From Perkinsela sp. CCAP 1560/9 (Eukaryota > Protista > Euglenozoa: Kinetoplastea), in contig CBFFSA010000005.1 of assembly GCA_965644495.1 (NCBI GenBank), forward strand, positions 496,001 through 560,000: 64,000 bases of DNA, in the 5' to 3' direction. Shown here piece by piece: positions 47,744 to 59,784 of this stretch. Position 1 is the stretch's first letter; every line of letters starts with the position of its first letter. A program made the position numbers and the translations under genes. Under the pieces are notes generated by a model. That model ran no database searches and had not been told where the DNA came from. It was given only the letters and a program-made list of their open reading frames with translations.

Positions 47744-48628
47744 ATGTCTTCAAAGTATACTGATGTACGAGCCGTTGTACTGACTCCATGCTTTGGCGGG
47801 AGCCCAATAAGTGGTGCTCTTCAAAAACTCGGATTTTCTCCTTACACTTTTACGCATTCGATTACCGGTAAAAACGCTTTGTTTCATCCCAGGCAAGTGA
47901 TGAAGGCTTTTCGGAGGCAGCCCAGAGGTACTGTAGATTTAGCAACTCTGTTAAACGGGTACGACAGTGTTGCGGGTCTCCCAGGTAGTGCCCTTTGGCC
48001 TCAGCTTACTGCTCGATTTCCAAAGGCAAAATTTATACTAGAAAAATATAAGCCAACAGAAGATGAAAAGGCGGCACTGTGTCGAGCGATGAAGGCCACC
48101 AGTCGTGCAGGAATTTTTTCTTCCCACGCAAGCCAACTGAACGACTATTTAACAGTACTTGCTCATGAGCAAGAAGAGCTATTGAAAAACCCCGATAATT
48201 TTATCGGAAGTTTGCAATCATTCATTCCTAAAGAGAGACTTTTGATAATAGAACACATCAATAACGAGGGAGAGGATACGAGCACACTAGTACGGTCGAA
48301 AGTCTTCAAGGAGCATGCTAGCCTACGAAATTATCAAAAAAATGCAGAGCAATGGCATAAACTATGTTCTGCCCTAAATGTGTCTTGCTCACACATTCCA
48401 TCTCTAAATTCCACGGAGATAACGCTTTTCGACACGCTTTCCCGGCGAATGAATCGGTATTTATGCAAAACACTTGCTCTCAATTTTACTCTTACATGCA
48501 TCCTTTTATCATGCTTGTATGAGACATACAGGGACGCTTGGACAGATCGCACAGACTCAGCAATGTCGGTAGCACCTGATCAGTATACATGTAGGCCGGT
48601 AGACAATGAAATTAGTACGCATGATTAA
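47744..48628 (+). CDS. Sulfotransferase-like (P-loop) domain protein with a C-terminal hydrophobic segment
   Basis: ALQKLGFSPY and LLNGYDSVAGLPGSALWPQLTARFPKAKFIL, then W..LC..L, resemble the Sulfotransfer_4-type family. Confidence 0.6.
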   Translation: MSSKYTDVRAVVLTPCFGGSPISGALQKLGFSPYTFTHSITGKNALFHPRQVMKAFRRQPRGTVDLATLLNGYDSVAGLPGSALWPQLTARFPKAKFILEKYKPTEDEKAALCRAMKATSRAGIFSSHASQLNDYLTVLAHEQEELLKNPDNFIGSLQSFIPKERLLIIEHINNEGEDTSTLVRSKVFKEHASLRNYQKNAEQWHKLCSALNVSCSHIPSLNSTEITLFDTLSRRMNRYLCKTLALNFTLTCILLSCLYETYRDAWTDRTDSAMSVAPDQYTCRPVDNEISTHD

Positions 48629-49117
48629 AATGACAATGAAATTAGTATGCATGATTAAACTATATTTTAATTTTACCTTTATTTCCATACATGCACTATA
48701 AACGTGTATGAACATTTGTGTACGACATGTATAACAATTTAAATGTTCTTAAAAAACATTTATTTAATTAATTTAATTATTTAACATAACAAATAAACAT
48801 CACACGTCTTGCGCGACCCCCGCTAAATAGGGGGGGAAGGTGGTAGTTGTGTGGTATGGAGGCCTCTCGCAACTCCGGGGCCTCACCGGGAACAAAGGTG
48901 AAATTATTAGCCGGACAGGTAAACAAGGTCTTGGCTTTATTACGGGTTGGGTATGGTGGAATTGTTGGGCTTCGCAAATGGGTAAACAAGATCTAGGTTC
49001 ATTGGCCCGGCCGGCCCCTCCGTGCGTTCGGCCTCTCATATTCCCCAAAACAACTACCACCTTCCCCCCATTTATCTGGAGTCGCTCGCGCGACCCCCGC
49101 TAAATAGGGGGGGAAAA

Positions 49118-50110
49118 GCCCCCTTTTATATTTTTTTCTTCTATTATATTACTGTGTTCCCCTTTATATTTTCACCGTTTTTGTTCACTGTTTTTTCAAT
49201 AATCGAGGGTAGAGCGGTAGTTTTACAACCACCGCAATTTAGGCTCTTCGTTAAACGCGGTGGTTGTTTTCAACTTAGAAGTCACTCATGCTGCGTGCTT
49301 CGCGTTGAACACTACCGCCGCGTTTAACAAAGAGCCTAAAAAAGAAAATTTAGCCTGGAAAACGGAAGGATTATAGCCAAAAATAGCCGAATTTCGGGTA
49401 AAAATGGGGTGATTTTCGCGTATTTTTGCTGTCAGAGCACTAAATCCGACATTTGCGCGTGGGAAATCACTCGTAGGCATGAATGAAAGCCTACCGAACG
49501 TATTGAGTAGAGAATGCGACTCCAACCATACCATTCTTTCGACACAGAAATGCCCCTTTAGGTCCGAAAAATACTTTTTCGCCCTTTTTAGTCAAAAATG
49601 GGTCATTTTGAGGGGCGCACCACGGTTCGAAGAAGTGATACCTTGCGAAAACAACTGCGGAGAAAGCTAGTGTAGGTCCCAAACTATCAAAATACAATGG
49701 GGGAAACGATTTTGGAAAAATATTTTTTTTGTCATTTTTTTCGCCAAGTTGAAATTTTTTTCAAAAAAAAATTTCCGAAAAAATCCGAACTTGGCGGACC
49801 CGTCCTGCGGATACGCGGGGGGGTCACCCCCGGGTAGGGGGGTGGAAAATGCGCGCCAAGACCCCGGCCACCCTTTCTGCGGTTTTTTTTCGAAAACTAA
49901 TTTTTTCGAAAAAATTTGCTCGACCATGACCCCCCCCACCTGGACCCCCAATTTTTTTCAAATTTTTTTTTCAGTTTTGGTCCACCGGAGCCCCCTTTTA
50001 TATTTTTTTCTTCTATTATATTACTGTGTTCCTCTTTATATTTTCACTGTTTTTGTTCACTTTTTTTTCAATAATCGAGGGTAGAGCGGAAGTTTTACAA
50101 CCACCGCAAT
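49118..50110 (+). repeat. Family-A 3' fragment followed head-to-tail by a full copy
   Basis: 49118-49238 is the family-A 3' end; 49240-50110 is a full copy. Confidence 0.85.
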
Positions 50111-50936
50111 AAGTGTCCCTAGGTATAATAACTTTGCTTTGCAAAAAGGTTAAAAAAAAATTCGCGCCGCTTCGCGGGAAGGGATTCTCTGAATCCCCTA
50201 AGCCTAAATTAACACTCTATTATTTAAATTAACACTATACAAAAAAAATTTGAATGTATTTAAATGACATTATATTATTTAAATGGCAAAATTGAGCTCG
50301 TTTTCCCACTATATCAGGCCTAATTGTTGAGAAATTCCTTTGGAAATACCTAGAATTCTTTGTTAATAGCTAGAATTGTAGGCTAAAATCATTTTTTACA
50401 GCTTTTTAAGTGCTCTATACCAACTTAGAAGCCCCTTAAACTACCGTACGTACTTCTTAAGACGACATTTTTACATGCGTTTTTCCCCTATTTAAATATT
50501 ATAGCGCTGACGCTATATTATTTAAATAGAAACTTTAACACTATATTATTTAAATAACACTATATTATTTAAATAGCGATTTTACTACACTGTATAGTTC
50601 TTTCTACATTCTACATACATCGTATATCAACATTAAGCAGAACAAGTTAAGATAATGCCCCGATAGTTTCCAACACCCATAGCATTTCTCTCCTCTGCAA
50701 ATAACAAACCGTTATTCATACGGTCTGTTTTACGGAGCAACGAACCTCTCAAAACAACAGAGCACTTTTGTCCTTCCTCCTCAGACCTCTCCAAACCACC
50801 AAAAAAGAACGTTGCCATTCACACGAAACGGAACATCGGAGCACTCGCGATATGTAAATATGGAGCATCACAAAGCACCACTTTATAGCCATCAACTCCT
50901 GCAAATCTATTCACATACCTAGATCGTCACAACTCA

Positions 50937-53160
50937 GATCCAATGCAAGTACCGACTGTCATCAACATGATGCCAGTTACTCTCAGACGTCATGCCGTCT
51001 CCGTATGCTGAATGCGGAATAAACGGATGAGTCTCCCGTGCCACGCAACGTGGTGCATGTTCTCGCAACTACGCGAGGTCGTCAGTCCCGGGTAATAGGG
51101 TGGGTGGATCCAATGCAAGTACCGACTGTCATCAACACAATGCCAGTTACTCTCAGACGTCATGCCGTCTCCGTATGCCGAATGCGGAATAAACGGATGA
51201 GTCTCCCGTGCCACGCAACGTGGTGCATGTTCTCGCAACTACGCGAGGTCGTCAGTCCCGGGTAATAGGGTGGGTGGATCCAATGCAAGTACCGACTGTC
51301 ATCAACACGATGCCAGTTACTCTCAGACGTCATGCCGTCTCCGTATGCCGAATGCGGAATAAACGGATGAGTCTCCCGTGCCACGCAACGTGGTGCATGC
51401 TCTCGCAACTACGCGAGGTCGTCAGTCCCGGGTAATAGGGTGGGTGGACCCAATGCAAGTACCGACTGTCATCAACACAATGCCAGTTACTCTCAGACGT
51501 CATGCCGTCTCCGTATGCTGAATGCGGAATAAACGGATGAGTCTCCCGTGCCACGCAACGTGGTGCATGTTCTCGCAACTACGCGAGGTCGTCAGTCCCG
51601 GGTAATAGGGTGGGTGGATCCAATGCAAGTACCGACTGTCATCAACACAATGCCAGTTACTCTCAGACGTCATGCCGTCTCCGTATGCCGAATGCGGAAT
51701 AAACGGATGAGTCTCCCGTGCCACGCAACGTGGTGCATGTTCTCGCAACTACGCGAGGTCGTCAGTCCCGGGTAATAGGGTGGGTGGATCCAATGCAAGT
51801 ACCGACTGTCATCAACACGATGCCAGTTACTCTCAGACGTCATGCCGTCTCCGTATGCCGAATGCGGAATAAACGGATGAGTCTCCCGTGCCACGCAACG
51901 TGGTGCATGCTCTCGCAACTACGCGAGGTCGTCAGTCCCGGGTAATAGGGTGGGTGGATCCAATGCAAGTACCGACTGTCATCAACACAATGCCAGTTAC
52001 TCTCAGACGTCATGCCGTCTCCGTATGCCGAATGCGGAATAAACGGATGAGTCTCCCGTGCCACGCAACGTGGTGCATGCTCTCGCAACTACGCGAGGTC
52101 GTCAGTCCCGGGTAATAGGGTGGGTGGATCCAATGCAAGTACCGACTGTCATCAACACGATGCCAGTTACTCTCAGGCGTCATGCCGTCTCCGTATGCCG
52201 AATGCGGAATAAACGGATGAGTCTCCCGTGCCACGCAACGTGGTGCATGCTCTCGCAACTACGCGAGGTCGTCAGTCCCGGGTAATAGGGTGGGTGGATC
52301 CAATGCAAGTACCGACTGTCATCAACACGATGCCAGTTACTCTCAGACGTCATGCCGTCTCCGTATGCTGAATGCGGAATAAACGGATGAGTCTCCCGTG
52401 CCACGCAACGTGGTGCATGTTCTCGCAACTACGCGAGGTCGTCAGTCCCGGGTAATAGGGTGGGTGGATCCAATGCAAGTACCGACTGTCATCAACACAA
52501 TGCCAGTTACTCTCAGACGTCATGCCGTCTCCGTATGCCGAATGCGGAATAAACGGATGAGTCTCCCGTGCCACGCAACGTGGTGCATGCTCTCGCAACC
52601 ACGCGAGGTCGTCAGTCCCGGATAATAGGGTGGGTGGATCCAATGCAAGTACCGACTGTCATCAACACAATGCCAGTTACTCTCAGACGTCATGCCGTCT
52701 CCGTATGCCGAATGCGGAATAAACGGATGAGTCTCCCGTGCCACGCAACGTGGTGCATGCTCTCGCAACCACGCGAGGTCGTCAGTCCCGGATAATAGGG
52801 TGGGTGGATCCAATGCAAGTACCGACTGTCATCAACACGATGCCAGTTACTCTCAGACGTCATGCCGTCTCCGTATGCCGAATGCGGAATAAACGGATGA
52901 GTCTCCCGTGCCACGCAACGTGGTGCATGCTCTCGCAACTACGCGAGGTCGTCAGTCCCGGGTAATAGGGTGGGTGGATCCAATGCAAGTACCGACTGTC
53001 ATCAACACGATGCCAGTTACTCTCAGGCGTCATGCCGTCTCCGTATGCCGAATGCGGAATAAACGGATGAGTCTCCCGTGCCACGCAACGTGGTGCATGC
53101 TCTCGCAACTACGCGAGGTCGTCAGTCCCGGGTAATAGGGTGGGTGGATCCAGTGCAAAT
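50937..53160. repeat. Tandem array, 13 x 170 bp, GC-rich, with extensive hairpin potential
   Basis: The unit start gatccaatgcaagt recurs every 170 bp from 50937 to 53147, with few substitutions and no indels. Confidence 0.98.
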
Positions 53161-53510
53161 AATAATTCAAAAGTGCAATGCGTTGAGTTAACATTCTGTT
53201 TGTTATATTTCGATTCATGTTTTTGTTCAAGAATACGTAGTGAAACGGTACCCACGGGCGGGCGAAATCGAATGCCGCATGTTTGAATTTATTACGTAGA
53301 CAGAATTCATTAGGTAGACATTACATAAATAGGAATAGACAGGAACGGAAAATCGATCTTGGGAATTAAAATTTACGCAGTTTTTTCCCGAGGGGTATTG
53401 TATTTTTTGTTTTCTTGTAGTTTTTTTAACTAATTTATGGCGATTTATCGGTTTTATTATTGTTTTGATTTACTGTTTACGGATTAAAAAGAACGTGTGT
53501 TGAATCCGTC

Positions 53511-53813
53511 ATGTCCGTGGATGATTTTTCTCTTAGTGAAAGTTATCCGTATTTAACTCGTTTTGAAAGGGCGCGAATCATTGCGGAACGAGCGGAGGAA
53601 CTATCACGTGGGGCTCCACCAAAAGCTTCTTGTATTTTACCAGAGGATGATGCTACACGAATAGCGATGCGCGAACTTTTGGAGAAATCATTACCTTTGC
53701 GCGTGCGCAGGAATCTTCCAGATGGTTCTCACCAGGACTGTGATTTGCGGGCTTTGGATGTTGATCCTGACAATTATATCACTGCGTTTCTTTTTGATGA
53801 AGGTTCCATCTAA
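53511..53813 (+). CDS. RPB6: RNA polymerase subunit RPB6 (short form)
   Basis: PYLTRFERARII..RA..LS.GAP..IAMREL....LPL.VRR.LPDGS. Confidence 0.9.
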   Translation: MSVDDFSLSESYPYLTRFERARIIAERAEELSRGAPPKASCILPEDDATRIAMRELLEKSLPLRVRRNLPDGSHQDCDLRALDVDPDNYITAFLFDEGSI

Positions 53814-54258
53814 CTATACGTTGACCAGCTATTAAAGTCTTTTTATTGACAATCTAAAGTTTATTAGAACTATAGACCGTGCTTTTGGTAATGGTTTTGA
53901 AAGGTCTGTGTGACTGGGGGAATACTTTTTTGGTGGGCAATGACCTGTTATCTTCATGAGTGTGTTGATTTTCTGCCTATCCAACCCCTCAGCTAAGTCA
54001 TCCTCGTCCGTATTCCAATTTGTTAAACGCGGAGGTAGTTTTCAACGCGAAGCGCGCAGCAGTGGTGCCTTCTAAGTTGAAAACACCCACCACGTTTAAC
54101 GAAGCGACTAAAAAATTTAAATTCCGACTCGAATCATACACCTTTACCGGGGTTACTTTAACTTTAAAATATTGTGACAATAATGGGGTCCAGTATTCTT
54201 AATTTTAAGTTTCTAGTATACCTTAGCATGAAACGATAGGTTTCTCATTTTCTTGATC

Positions 54259-56697
54259 ATGCTTTGGCGGGTTATGCGAAATAAATGCTCCGACGTCCGC
54301 TCCGGTGGTTTGCTGTTGGATTTTCTGTTTAGGCACAGTTCGACATGTGCTGCGGAAGGATGTGTCCCTACACTACATGCGATGATCATGATGTTTCGGC
54401 AAGGATCGTACCCTAATGACACAGATCGACAGGAAATTAGATCGCAATGGAAGCTAGTTTCGAATTGTTTGTCTAGTGTGCCCACTTCAACCTTGATCTC
54501 TGCAATTTCATTATTTTCAGAAAACGATCTCATACCTAATCAATCTGAAGCGTGTAGAGAGATTAGTTCAGTTCTCTTAACAAGAGCACGTGGTGACAAG
54601 ACGCATTTGCATCCGAAACAAGCTACAAAACTACTTATTATCGACGCAGCGGCACGAAAATACAATTCCCGAACATTGGATCACAAATCAAGGTGCGATT
54701 TATTAGATAATAATTTGCGTGAGCATTGTCGGCGCATAGTAAAGCCTTCTGGCTTCGGAGGCTTGACATGTCTTAATGATTCTTCCGTGTCGATACCTCC
54801 AACGACAGATAATGCGGATGAAAAATCCGACTATTCCGGCAACATCGAAGTCAATGCTCCTTCAGCGTTTAGTGAACAAAGATTCAATAAGGATCCTCGA
54901 GACGTTCTCCAGTTTATAAACAACGTTATCGACCGTATTACAGGATGTCGCTACAAAGATTCGGTTACAACATGGAAGCCTGTCAAGCAGCTCATAGATT
55001 ATGTGTACTTTATAACGGTTAGTAAACGATTTTTGCAGGACGTTGCCAACACCTCAGTATGGGAAGCCTATCATTGTGCACGGAGTCGAGCCTTACAGAA
55101 GGTTCTTATTCCGTTTTTCACAAAAGAATCTGACCGTGTTGGGATTGAAGATTTTCCATATTCTAGGCTATTCACAATATTTCTTCAGGATTTGAGTGGG
55201 GAGAAGTTAAGTGGGGAGAATTTCAATAGTGGTTCAGAGTCTTGTAAAAACGGTTCCTTGCATGTTGTCCGTGTACTTCTAAAAGATTTGCACCAGCAAC
55301 TGACGAAACCTTTTGACAAATATCAAGGAGGAGAACTTCTGAGAATACTTGAAGAGGTATGGAACGTCTTGAACAACTTGTCTTTACGATATCCCCGACA
55401 CGCAACTAATTTGTTACTTTGCGCCTTAAAGTGCATCTCATCACAAAGAAATTGTCTAACTCATCAAATCATTTCAACTACTTTTCTTTCCGAATTTTGT
55501 ACGTCTTGCGAAGCTTTTCCTTCGCAAGAAGTTTTGGAAGCCGTGCACGTTGTTTTTCAGGTCCCAAGTGTATTATACATGCTAGAGAACTCTGCTCCAG
55601 CCGACTTAGCAGTTCGCTTGGCTCAGCTATGTGCCGTTCATCACTGCCGTGGAGGCCCTGTTGTACAGGCTTTGCTCCATCGCTATAACAAAGACGGTTC
55701 TACTTGGGTTCTTCGAGCCAGATGTATTGTTCTACGCGCCTTATGGCATTGCATCTCAAAGGAATCGGTACACAAGATGTGCACCACGCTAGTTGATGAC
55801 CTCTTAGAATCCCGAACCGGCATAAAAACATTATTTCTTGCAGATGCTGCTCATGTGGGTCATTTCTTGGTCACGTGCGCAGAAAATCACCCAAGGCATG
55901 AAGCCGTTTGGAGTGCCTGGTTATCCTTTGTGTTAAACGAAAAAAATCTCGCAAATTCCCAAACTTTCTCTTCTCTTTCCTTCTTGCTTGAGGTTGTTTC
56001 TCTATCGTCGGCCTCGTGCATTGTGAACATGGAGATTCACAAGCTTAATCCACTTTTTCTTGCATGTCTCAACCTTCTAAGAATTTTTGTCTCGGAAGAA
56101 AATTGTTACCTACTTTGGGGCAAGGGTCTCGATAAGCCACAAGTGCCATTTGTGAAGCTTAAAGCACTTATCCGTTGCATTTTTTACACAGTAAACCTTA
56201 GAACCGTACAAACAAGCGCACAGTATGATACACGAACAGAAAAGGGTTCCAAAGATCCTCATTGGGTGTACCTTATTGACACCTTGCGCTGCGCTATTCA
56301 ACGTTCTTTACGTCACCAACTTACTATTGCTGGAAAAAAATTACCAGAGCCTATGCCACAGGCTGTTGAAATCTGTAAAGCGTTCGACAGTATACAAAAG
56401 AAGACAGTGCCCTCTAGGGAGGACTGCGTTCGTTTGTTCAGCACATACGCTTCTCTACTTACTGGTCCGTACGGACAACAGTGGCGGCCTAGCTTTGCTC
56501 GAGAGGAAAACTTGGTCATAAGATATTCCTTAGAAACTTTACAAAAGGAACATCTGAGCAGTTTGCAAAGGAGTTCAATACAACGCCATCGCGTGTTTCT
56601 GTACTTACAGAGGTTGGGACCACATTGGGCACCTGAACTCTACGAAGCATTGCAAAGTGCAAATCAAAAATACGAAATCAAAAGTGCAAATCGGTAG
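54259..56697 (+). CDS. Hypothetical protein (~810 aa)
   Basis: Long uninterrupted ORF on the coding strand, Leu/Cys-rich and helical in character; no motif recognised. Confidence 0.7.
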   Translation: MLWRVMRNKCSDVRSGGLLLDFLFRHSSTCAAEGCVPTLHAMIMMFRQGSYPNDTDRQEIRSQWKLVSNCLSSVPTSTLISAISLFSENDLIPNQSEACREISSVLLTRARGDKTHLHPKQATKLLIIDAAARKYNSRTLDHKSRCDLLDNNLREHCRRIVKPSGFGGLTCLNDSSVSIPPTTDNADEKSDYSGNIEVNAPSAFSEQRFNKDPRDVLQFINNVIDRITGCRYKDSVTTWKPVKQLIDYVYFITVSKRFLQDVANTSVWEAYHCARSRALQKVLIPFFTKESDRVGIEDFPYSRLFTIFLQDLSGEKLSGENFNSGSESCKNGSLHVVRVLLKDLHQQLTKPFDKYQGGELLRILEEVWNVLNNLSLRYPRHATNLLLCALKCISSQRNCLTHQIISTTFLSEFCTSCEAFPSQEVLEAVHVVFQVPSVLYMLENSAPADLAVRLAQLCAVHHCRGGPVVQALLHRYNKDGSTWVLRARCIVLRALWHCISKESVHKMCTTLVDDLLESRTGIKTLFLADAAHVGHFLVTCAENHPRHEAVWSAWLSFVLNEKNLANSQTFSSLSFLLEVVSLSSASCIVNMEIHKLNPLFLACLNLLRIFVSEENCYLLWGKGLDKPQVPFVKLKALIRCIFYTVNLRTVQTSAQYDTRTEKGSKDPHWVYLIDTLRCAIQRSLRHQLTIAGKKLPEPMPQAVEICKAFDSIQKKTVPSREDCVRLFSTYASLLTGPYGQQWRPSFAREENLVIRYSLETLQKEHLSSLQRSSIQRHRVFLYLQRLGPHWAPELYEALQSANQKYEIKSANR

Positions 56698-57214
56698 TTT
56701 CTCCTATGGGCTGTTACAATGCCTCTTAAGCACTTCGTTGAGCTAGGCTTGTCTGGAGTGTTTGGTATCCCCCCTGACAGTTATTTGTCCGTTTCTTTTT
56801 CATTTTGTTCTAGCATACGATATATTTCGTCCCCATAGCACGGAACTTCGCCGACAGTTTTTATAGAGATTCTCGTGAATTGGCCGGGTACAAAAAATAT
56901 GATTTTTTACCCTTTTTTTAGAACGATGTGAAGCTAAATAGGAAGAAAATACATTTTTCAAAGTTTAACAAAGTACATTTTCTGGGAGCAACTCTTGGCC
57001 AAGACTGCACAACGATTAAAAAACTTGTGAACAATTAAAAGCATTTTTCTACCCTTCTCTAAAAACGCATATCCTTCGTAATATATGACATGTCGGAAAG
57101 TGAACGTGCGTCTCAAGCGACAGGCCATTGTCTTACACATCTCTTTATGTCCATCCAGCAAACACTGACATACTTACTGTCAAGATAAAAGATAGAACAG
57201 TGTGTTCTTTCTTC

Positions 57215-58264
57215 ATGCAATCTCTTAAACATTTGGATATTTTTGCAAAATACGATGTGCGATTCGAGACTGAAGCCAGAGAACGCTCTTCCGCAGGTGG
57301 AATATTTTCTGTAGCGAGCTTTTTATGGGTATTCTACTTGTGTTTTACGGAAATCAAACACTATAGGGAAACTGTAACCAGTCAAAGTTTCGATGTACAC
57401 TCTAGCTTGCGAAACATGGATGATATTCCTCTTTTTCTTAACGTAACTGTGCTAGAAATTGGATGCGATAACTTATCCGTGGAACTTGTTGATTTTTCTG
57501 GATCTCCTGCATCTCCAATCAAGAGTCGTAAATATACATGTAGCCAGGGACAAAGTACAGATGATTCTTTTTTGGGTTGCAGAATAGAGGCAAATTTTCA
57601 TGTTCCACCACTTCCTGGTCACATCAGAATTTCGCATCATCACGTAACATCCTCGAGTTATTCTGTGGATCCGAGTATTGAACCAATTCAAGAAGCCAAT
57701 TCTGTGATTAACACTTCACATGTCATTCATGAGCTACGATTTGGCGAACCATATCCAGGACAGAGGTATCCGTTGCTGGAGCATTACGTATTACACACTG
57801 AGGAAAAAGCACTGCCGCAGGAACCGAATTTAGAAAATTCTTTTTTGTTCAATCCTTTTCTAGCAGCATTGGGTATTGGAAGATTTTTTCGCGCTCCTCC
57901 GTTGCCGGCGCATTCCACTGGTCGACATCAATACTGGATCAAAGTGGTTCCCACGGTTTACTCTTACGTAAATTCCACGCAACTACGTGCATATCAGTAC
58001 AGTGTCACACATCACTATGAAATTCTTAACGCGGGGGCAAGTATGGATTCTAAGCTTCCAGGCATACATTTTTTGTATGAGCCCAGCGCAGTGACTGTGC
58101 GTTATCAAGAGGAGTACCCACATAGATCTTTCCTACATTTATGGATGCAAATGTTGTCGATATTAGGAGGGGTTCTTATTATGGCAAGAATGGTCGACGC
58201 TGTGTGGTTTTCCTGGGCTACCCAACGCAGCCTTCATCGTAAGAATCATACTCCAATAAATTAA
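57215..58264 (+). CDS. ER-Golgi intermediate compartment protein (Erv41/Erv46/ERGIC family)
   Basis: LKHLDIFAK..GGIFS, NTSHVIHELRFG, YWIKVVPTVY, QYSVT, PGIHFLYEPS, ILGGV. Likely start is ATG 57215. Confidence 0.9.
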   Translation: MQSLKHLDIFAKYDVRFETEARERSSAGGIFSVASFLWVFYLCFTEIKHYRETVTSQSFDVHSSLRNMDDIPLFLNVTVLEIGCDNLSVELVDFSGSPASPIKSRKYTCSQGQSTDDSFLGCRIEANFHVPPLPGHIRISHHHVTSSSYSVDPSIEPIQEANSVINTSHVIHELRFGEPYPGQRYPLLEHYVLHTEEKALPQEPNLENSFLFNPFLAALGIGRFFRAPPLPAHSTGRHQYWIKVVPTVYSYVNSTQLRAYQYSVTHHYEILNAGASMDSKLPGIHFLYEPSAVTVRYQEEYPHRSFLHLWMQMLSILGGVLIMARMVDAVWFSWATQRSLHRKNHTPIN

Positions 58265-58593
58265 ATTACAAGCGTTCTACAAAAGAAATATCAACTGTAC
58301 TCTACGGCAGAAGATGCAATAATGTTCAATTCGAATGTAGTAATTTATTACACCAATTACTCATGTAGTGAATTACTACAAATTATATCCTACGCAATTT
58401 AAATATGTTCCAGGATAGTATACCCATGACCACTTATCACACGCTGGAGTAAGTGACTTGTAAGTTACAATTGTAGGTTACAATTGTAAGTTACAACTTG
58501 CAACCAAAAAGAGTACCGATTTTTTTTTTCAAATAATACATGTATGTAGTAGGTATCCTGTTATATACATAGTCATTGTATGCTATAAGTCTT

Positions 58594-59460
58594 ATTGCGG
58601 TGGTTGTATAACTACCGCTCTACACTCGATTATTGAAAAAAAAAGTGAACAAAAACAGTGAAAATATAAAGAGGAACACAGTAATATAATAGAAGAAAAA
58701 AATAAAAGGGGGCCCCGGTGGTCCAAAATTGAAAAAATGGGGGGTCATGGTCGAGCAATTATTTTTGAAAAAATTAGTTTTCGAAAAAATACCGCAGAAG
58801 GGGTAGCCGGGGTCTTGGCGCGCATTTTCCACCCACTTACCCGGGGGTGACCCCCCCTCATATGCGCAGGACGGGTCCGCCAAGTTCGGATTTTTTCGGA
58901 AAAAAATTTTGAAAAACATTTCAACTTAGCGTAAAAAATGGTAAAAAAAATATTTTTCCAAAATTGTTTCCCCTGTTGTATTTTGAGAGCTTGGGACCTA
59001 CAGCCTGTATATTACCTGTATATTAGCTTTCTACGCCGTTGTTTTCACCAGACATCCGTTCTTCCAGCCGTGGTACGCCCCGCAAAATGATTCATTTTTG
59101 ACTAAAAAAGGTGAAAAAGTAATTTTCGGACCCCAAGGGGCCTTTTTGTGTCGAAAGAATGGTGTGGTTGGAGTCGTATTCTCTACCCAATACGTTCGGT
59201 AGGCTTTCATTCATGCCTATGAGCGACTTCCCACGCGCAAATGTCGGATTTAGTGCTCTGAGAGCAAAAACATCTAATAATGACCCCATTTTTACCCGAA
59301 AATCGGATATTTCTGGCCGCAATCTTTCCGTTTTCTTCAGCTTTCCGGGTCAAATTTTCTTTTTTAGGCTCTTCGTTAAACGCAGTGGTAGTTTTCAACG
59401 CGAAGCGCGCAGCATGAGTGACTTCGAAGTTGAAACCACCGCGTTTAACGAAGAGCCTAA
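58594..59460 (-). repeat. Family-A copy
   Basis: Reverse complement of family A, moderately diverged. Confidence 0.85.
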
Positions 59461-59784
59461 AAGAGTAGTGCGGGGCTTTATTGCGGGACGGGTTAATTAA
59501 GGGACACCCCCCATCAAGGCCAAAGTTTCCATTAATTCTCCAATTTTTTCCAAGGCTCTAGTATACCTTTTTCTTTCAATTATCTTCTCATATTTATCTC
59601 ATTTTCTTTCACTTATCGTACAAGTACATTTTTATGTGTGCCTGATAACTTGCGCGCTCTGTGACTTGGGCGCTTCACTTGTAGTTCTTTTGACCCATTC
59701 CAAAGGTATGACCCCACCCCCATATTGTCTCTTAAATACCCGTCCCGTAATTAAACCGTCCCGTACACCACGCATTGTAGTTTA

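Noticed and set aside
48601-48658. ~30-bp tandem duplication over a stop codon, and other short tandem repeats (6995-7040, 23551-23605, 43145-43200)
   Set aside because: Ordinary slippage duplications with no evidence of function.
50937-53160. CRISPR array or protein-coding repeat (75-97 aa ORFs)
   Set aside because: Units are contiguous with no unique spacers and no cas genes. 170 is not a multiple of 3, so the ORFs are artefacts of the repeat.
50937-53160. 5S rRNA, SL RNA array, hammerhead ribozyme or minus-strand C/D snoRNA
   Set aside because: No recognisable 5S or SL exon sequence. The minus-strand CTGACGA has no GAAA partner. The TGATGA..CTGA pair is antisense to the gene cluster and lacks a good terminal stem.
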